Assembly (NCBI GenBank): GCA_043753995.1
Contig: JAYUVP010000308.1
Coordinates: 1 to 19,189 of the forward strand
DNA length: 19,189 bases
Reading direction: 5' to 3'
Source of the DNA: Fibrobacterota bacterium
GTDB taxonomy: Bacteria > Fibrobacterota > Fibrobacteria > UBA11236
Shown: positions 14,837 to 19,189 of the stretch, one piece after another
Layout: each line of letters opens with the position of its first letter
Position numbering within the stretch: the first letter of the stretch is position 1
Position numbers and translations under genes: made by a program
The notes under the pieces: generated by a model
What the model was told of the DNA's origin: nothing
The model's input: only the letters and a program-made list of their open reading frames with translations
The model's database searches: none

Positions 14837-16612
14837 ATGCGCAATCCGAAATTTTTGCGTCGAAAGGCTATTTCATTTTTTGCGGGAATCTTATTGCTTC
14901 TCGCCATGTCGGTCTCCGCGCAGGATTTATATACGGGGGTTTGGCGATCTGGAACGGGTGGCCACTACCTATGGTCGGGAGTGAGTTGGGCCGACTTCAA
15001 TACCAAGTGGAGTCAATTGGGCGGACAAAATCTACGCCTCATCAATATCAAAACCTATACCGTGGGCGGAGTCCGCAAATGGTCGGGCGTTTGGCAAGGT
15101 GGCTCGGATGCCTACTCGCTAACGCCACTGCATTTGACCTGGTCGGCATTCAATACGTTTTGGACCAATGCCAGCAATCAGGGGCTCCGGCTTATCCAGG
15201 TGGAAACCTATGTGGATAATGGCGTCACGTATTTCATGGGCGTCTTCCGCGCGGGGACGGGTGGCTATTCGCTCACTCCGCTGAACCTGGATTGGTCAGC
15301 CTTCAATACATTCTGGGGCAATGCCAGCAGCCAGGGATTGCGCCTGATCAATATCGAATCCTATATGAACGGCAATACGCGATGCTTCCTAGGTGTCTTC
15401 CGTGCCGGCAGTGGTGGTTATGTGCTTTCGCCTTATGGCAAGGATTGGAATCAATTCACCGCTTATTGGAGCGATCTCGGCGCGGTCAATCAGCGCCTGA
15501 TCGACATCGAGTCCTTCGTGGAAAATGGAAAACGAATTTATCTCGGCGTCTGGCGCGAAGGCTCAGACGGATATGTCCTTTGGGGCAGCGCAGACTGGGA
15601 AAGTTTTACCTCCAAGTGGGCGGAAAGCGCGGCAGCAGGATTGCGGCTGATCGACATGGAAACCCAAGCGGGCGGCTGCGATCCCAATTGCCTGAACAAG
15701 GTCCTCATGCCGGATAACCCCGCGACCGCATGGCGGGATGGGTACGATTACGGGATCACCGCCGGCTCCATTCATTGCGAGGGGAATCCCTCCTCTTGCC
15801 CGGCGGCGAATCCTGGCGACATGGTCTACTATCGCTGGCCGAACCTGAAGGTTGGATCCGAGTATTACTCGCGTAACTCGGTCTTATATAATGCCAAAGA
15901 TCCCATCTTCACCTTGCCCTTCAAGATTCCCGCCACGGATCTGTGGCACAATTCGTGGATGTATGAGCCGGGAGCCTGGCATCACGCCATCGACTATCAG
16001 CGTCATGACAAGAAGACCTTCGAGATAGTTTCTTCCGCGCCGGGAAAGGTGATCCATATCGGTTGGGATTGGTGGTCGGGGAATACCATGGTGGTCAGCC
16101 ATGCCGCCGGCGGCAAGCAGGATGCTTATCGCACCCTCTACATGCATCTGCAAAATGATCCCAATGACGATTGCGAAAGAGCCTGGACCAAGACCATTCC
16201 CAATTTCGATGCGGTAGCCAAGGCGAAATATTCGACCTACCTGAACAATACCGGTTGCCCGGAAGCCAAGGCCTTCCGCAATCCCAAGGCGGATTGGTGG
16301 GGCGTGGCATCGAAGAAAATCGACATGTCTTTGCTAGGGGCCAATGTGGCGGCCGGCCAAAGGATTGCCTATAGCGGCAGCACCGGCCCTGGCGGTTGCG
16401 GCTGCATGGACGGTGGAGCCGGTCCTAATACCCATCTGCATATCTTCTACGCACACAAGGATCCGGTCGATAGCAAATGGTATTTCATCGACCCTTACGG
16501 GATTTACTCCTACCCAACCTTTTATCCCGGCCCGGTCGATGGCGCTATCAATAAAGCCTGCGTCCGCTATCCCATCACCTGGAAGACCGGGAATCCGACT
16601 TATGCCCCGTAG
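14837..16612 (+). CDS. Secreted protein: five BTRD1-like tandem repeats + M23-family metallopeptidase domain
   Basis: ATG 14837 after AGAGGG; signal peptide ending VSA-Q; five ~51-aa repeats; HHAID (HxxxD), YMHL, HLH and IDPY M23 motifs. 591 aa. Confidence 0.8.
   Translation: MRNPKFLRRKAISFFAGILLLLAMSVSAQDLYTGVWRSGTGGHYLWSGVSWADFNTKWSQLGGQNLRLINIKTYTVGGVRKWSGVWQGGSDAYSLTPLHLTWSAFNTFWTNASNQGLRLIQVETYVDNGVTYFMGVFRAGTGGYSLTPLNLDWSAFNTFWGNASSQGLRLINIESYMNGNTRCFLGVFRAGSGGYVLSPYGKDWNQFTAYWSDLGAVNQRLIDIESFVENGKRIYLGVWREGSDGYVLWGSADWESFTSKWAESAAAGLRLIDMETQAGGCDPNCLNKVLMPDNPATAWRDGYDYGITAGSIHCEGNPSSCPAANPGDMVYYRWPNLKVGSEYYSRNSVLYNAKDPIFTLPFKIPATDLWHNSWMYEPGAWHHAIDYQRHDKKTFEIVSSAPGKVIHIGWDWWSGNTMVVSHAAGGKQDAYRTLYMHLQNDPNDDCERAWTKTIPNFDAVAKAKYSTYLNNTGCPEAKAFRNPKADWWGVASKKIDMSLLGANVAAGQRIAYSGSTGPGGCGCMDGGAGPNTHLHIFYAHKDPVDSKWYFIDPYGIYSYPTFYPGPVDGAINKACVRYPITWKTGNPTYAP
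14924..15665 (+). repeat. Five ~153-bp coding tandem repeats (GV[WF]R.G..GY.L....W..F...W......LRLI..E.Y)
   Basis: Visible in the translation. Units 2 and 3 are near-identical (WSAFNTFW.NAS.QGLRLI). Confidence 0.88.
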
Positions 16613-16643
16613 AATGCCCCATTAAAACCGGATTTGCGCTTTC

Positions 16644-16685
16644 GGCCTACGCACCTGCAATCTTTGGATTGGGGTGCGTCAGGCC
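16644..16685. other. Long stem-loop downstream of the M23 gene (possible terminator or mRNA-stabilising hairpin)
   Basis: GGCCT-ACGCACC-TG-CAATC-TTTG-GATTG-G-GGTGCGT-C-AGGCC. No immediate U tract. Confidence 0.55.
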
Positions 16686-16747
16686 AATACCTTCCCTTAT
16701 TTGTTGTCGTTTCTCCATCCTCCGCTGTTTCAAACAAATTTGGAATT

Positions 16748-16801
16748 TTGTCATATTATATACACTACTAGTAGTATCATAAAACCGTATTTATAATGAC
16801 A
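16748..16801 (+). promoter_or_regulatory. AT-rich promoter/operator region
   Basis: TTGTCA (16748)-N18-TAGTAT (16772); perfect palindrome ACTACTAGTAGT at 16764-16775; TATAAT at 16792; TGTCAT...ATGACA inverted repeat. Confidence 0.5.
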
Positions 16802-16832
16802 TAAATCATGAAATTTTGCTTATTATTTATAT

Positions 16833-17900
16833 ATGTTACACTACAGATTGAGTCTCGTAAGCTGCCTTCTCGCAGTGATTTCCTTCGGTTTTGCCGGCAT
16901 TGCTTCGGCGCAGCCCTCCATTGACCTAAAAGGAAAGGTGATGGCCGGCGATAGTGGAGTCGGTGGCGCACGCGTATCCCTGCTTGTCGCCAAGGCTTCC
17001 GATACCACCGACGCTTCCGGGGCCTTCCGAATCCTTGCGGAACCGGCCTCGGTCTCGCGGCCTAAAGTCCGATCCAACCCAATGCCAATCGCAGACCCAG
17101 AGGTCGAGATCTTCGATGCTTCGGGGAGATTGCTTTTAATGAGTCGAGAGACTGGAAATCTTTCGACTCCTCCGTTGCGTCAAGTCGAAACTAATCGAGC
17201 CGCACCTCAAGTTTCACTCGCCAAATCCGCAGCCCTACTCGACACCTTGCTCATCACACGATCTGGATTCAAGGCCCGAAAGGTGCCGGTATCCAGCTAT
17301 CGGATGGATCTAGACACTCTCAAATTACAGCCTGAAACCCAGGACTTCGAGATCAGAAAACTTACGGAACGGACTCTTCAATGCAGAGAAACCTCAGTCC
17401 CGTCCTTAGACCTCGACCTAGTCTGCGAAAGTGATAATGATTCCTTGCTCGCATCAGTCTATGTTCAATCCAAACCGGTGTCCTGCGGGGCCTTATCCGC
17501 AATTAATTATACCGTCGAAAGCGCCTGGATTAAGACTTCCGAAGGGATTCAACCGCTTTCTCAGGTGATTTACGACGGGGGAGGCAATCATCGGAATGAC
17601 CGGATCACCTTTGCATGGAAGGGAAAATTTTTCAGCTTCTACCACTCTTCCTTCGGATTTGGTTGGCGTGCTTGCGCTTCGCCCGACTGCATGCAAATCT
17701 GCCAGGATAAAGAGTGCCGCACCATTTTATACGACGGTTGCCATCGCGCGACATGCGCCAGCCCGCCAGCTCTTAAGGTGAGATGTGCCAAGGTTAAGCT
17801 GGATGGAACCGTCCCCGCACGGCTCGATCCATGGGCGAAACAGGAGGGAGTTGCCAACTATCCTCTACTTCCTTGCGGTGGCGATCCTGTGTGCAAGTAA
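16833..17900 (+). CDS. Secreted hypothetical protein with carboxypeptidase-regulatory-like N-terminal region and Cys-rich C-terminal domain
   Basis: Signal peptide ending ASA-Q; GKV...GARVSL...TTDASGAFRI and DTLLITRSGF motifs; 12 Cys in the C-terminal half. 355 aa. Confidence 0.75.
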   Translation: MLHYRLSLVSCLLAVISFGFAGIASAQPSIDLKGKVMAGDSGVGGARVSLLVAKASDTTDASGAFRILAEPASVSRPKVRSNPMPIADPEVEIFDASGRLLLMSRETGNLSTPPLRQVETNRAAPQVSLAKSAALLDTLLITRSGFKARKVPVSSYRMDLDTLKLQPETQDFEIRKLTERTLQCRETSVPSLDLDLVCESDNDSLLASVYVQSKPVSCGALSAINYTVESAWIKTSEGIQPLSQVIYDGGGNHRNDRITFAWKGKFFSFYHSSFGFGWRACASPDCMQICQDKECRTILYDGCHRATCASPPALKVRCAKVKLDGTVPARLDPWAKQEGVANYPLLPCGGDPVCK

Positions 17901-17962
17901 TCCATTCCTGATTGGCATTTCGAAAGCGACCACAAGTTGACGGAGAATAGGTTGGAAATGCG

Positions 17963-19189
17963 ATGATGAATCCACGCATGCGACTCCTGCTTGTGATTTT
18001 GATCGCTTCTCTGCTATCCTGCAACCGAAGCCCGTCAGGACCCGATCACCCCAAAAGCGATACGGTGAAAATCGTCATAGTTGACGAGAAGAATCAGACT
18101 CCTCCAACTTATTCGATTCATGTGACGCCCATAGGCGGAAGTACGGTTTCGGCCTGCTGTGTCGATGGGGTCAGTCCAAGTCCCGGCATGACTCCGGAGC
18201 CGGACGGCTTTAGGGTATCGACCGAGGCGGATTCGCTTTCGATTGTGATCAAAGCGAGTGGGTTTCGCACCGCGCGGGCGGAGTATTCCAGGAAAGCAAA
18301 CGGGACGAATCCGCTTCGTGTCCAACTCCAAAGGCTCGATAGCGCCTTCGCCTCACAGGATTTCGCCACGGGATTCACTCCGGAAGGTGGACGCGAGCGG
18401 TTTATCTCCATGGCCGTCAAAGGTTCAGGGGAAACCGGAACCACCTATACCGTCAAATTTTTCATCGATCGATTGGATAGCGTACCGGTGGTGTATTTTC
18501 AAAATACTGTTCGTCATCCTTTGCACTATAACTTCGTTCGCGACGTACTCGGCCGTCCCTGGACTCTCAGCGAATTCGAGGAGAGAACCTATGGCGGCGG
18601 TATTCGGTCAGCTATAGCAGGAAATATTGTTTGGCGGAGTCATTTTACAGCACCAGGGGATTCGACCACAGGTCGAATCGACGCTCCCATGACTTTGGAA
18701 TTCTTTCCCTCCGACGAATTGACGCCTGAACAGGCGCTGGTTGCAGGCAATCTCATCGAGGAGCGCATTCAATTTCCGGGAAGCTGCGGCAAGGAAAATC
18801 GGATTTATTACTTGCCACCCACTACGGCCCATGAAACGGCACTCGGAAACCGGGAAAAAGATTTCAAGGCCAATGGCATGCGCTGGATGACGCGTGAATC
18901 CCTTTATCGCGGTATCACCATGCAATTGCTCAATACCGGGGAAGCCTATGGTAAGCTCCGCCTCCTCTCGCCCGAAAACCTGATCACTTCGCCTGTGTCC
19001 TATCGTGATATCGCCATTCTTTCCCGGCTACCGAATGAAATGCCTCTTGTCGGCGGAACGATTACGGAGGAATTGCAGACACCGCTTTCCCATGTCAATG
19101 TGGCCGCGAGAAGCAGAAAGACGCCGAACTTGGCGCTCCTCAAAGCCTCGGCGCAGCCAGGTATTACCGCACTGCTCGACAGCCTAGTC
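17963..19189 (+). CDS. Lipoprotein with PEP-utilising-enzyme phospho-His (swivel) motif, 3' end outside window
   Basis: Open frame of 409 codons to the window end, absent from the ORF track. MMNPRMRLLLVILIASLLS-C lipobox (Cys 18020-18022); later LNTGEAYGKLRLL...DIAILSRLPNEMPLVGGTITEELQTPLSHVNVAARSRKTPN. Confidence 0.8.
   Translation, partial: MMNPRMRLLLVILIASLLSCNRSPSGPDHPKSDTVKIVIVDEKNQTPPTYSIHVTPIGGSTVSACCVDGVSPSPGMTPEPDGFRVSTEADSLSIVIKASGFRTARAEYSRKANGTNPLRVQLQRLDSAFASQDFATGFTPEGGRERFISMAVKGSGETGTTYTVKFFIDRLDSVPVVYFQNTVRHPLHYNFVRDVLGRPWTLSEFEERTYGGGIRSAIAGNIVWRSHFTAPGDSTTGRIDAPMTLEFFPSDELTPEQALVAGNLIEERIQFPGSCGKENRIYYLPPTTAHETALGNREKDFKANGMRWMTRESLYRGITMQLLNTGEAYGKLRLLSPENLITSPVSYRDIAILSRLPNEMPLVGGTITEELQTPLSHVNVAARSRKTPNLALLKASAQPGITALLDSLV

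Noticed and set aside
14852..14880. Twin-arginine (Tat) signal FLRRKAISF
   Set aside because: It lacks the S/T-R-R-x-F-L consensus; a Sec signal with an AxA-type cleavage site is sufficient.
18035..19187. Short ORFs listed in the track at the 3' end
   Set aside because: All are explained as shadows of the uninterrupted + frame starting at 17963.

Overview
Bacterial chromosomal window with every supported gene on the + strand; the secreted-protein styles suggest Fibrobacterota or a related FCB lineage (inference). It opens with the 3' end of rpsT (S20) and its terminator. An 8-gene, tightly packed operon follows (356-9430): sigma54 NtrC-family regulator, TPR/Zn-finger membrane protein, DUF4388 membrane protein, TPR + roadblock-like protein, two roadblock/LC7 proteins, MglA and MglB. 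Next come tldD-pmbA, a frameshifted lipoprotein gene, a fused ABC ATPase-permease, a secreted BTRD1-repeat/M23 peptidase, a Cys-rich secreted protein and a truncated lipoprotein with a PEP-utiliser phospho-His motif. The stand-out is MglA: a canonical 195-aa small GTPase extended by a 524-aa Pro/Gly-rich, charge-poor tail with about 22 FG motifs (8 SPFG), ending in a MinD-like membrane-targeting peptide, inside a multi-roadblock operon.
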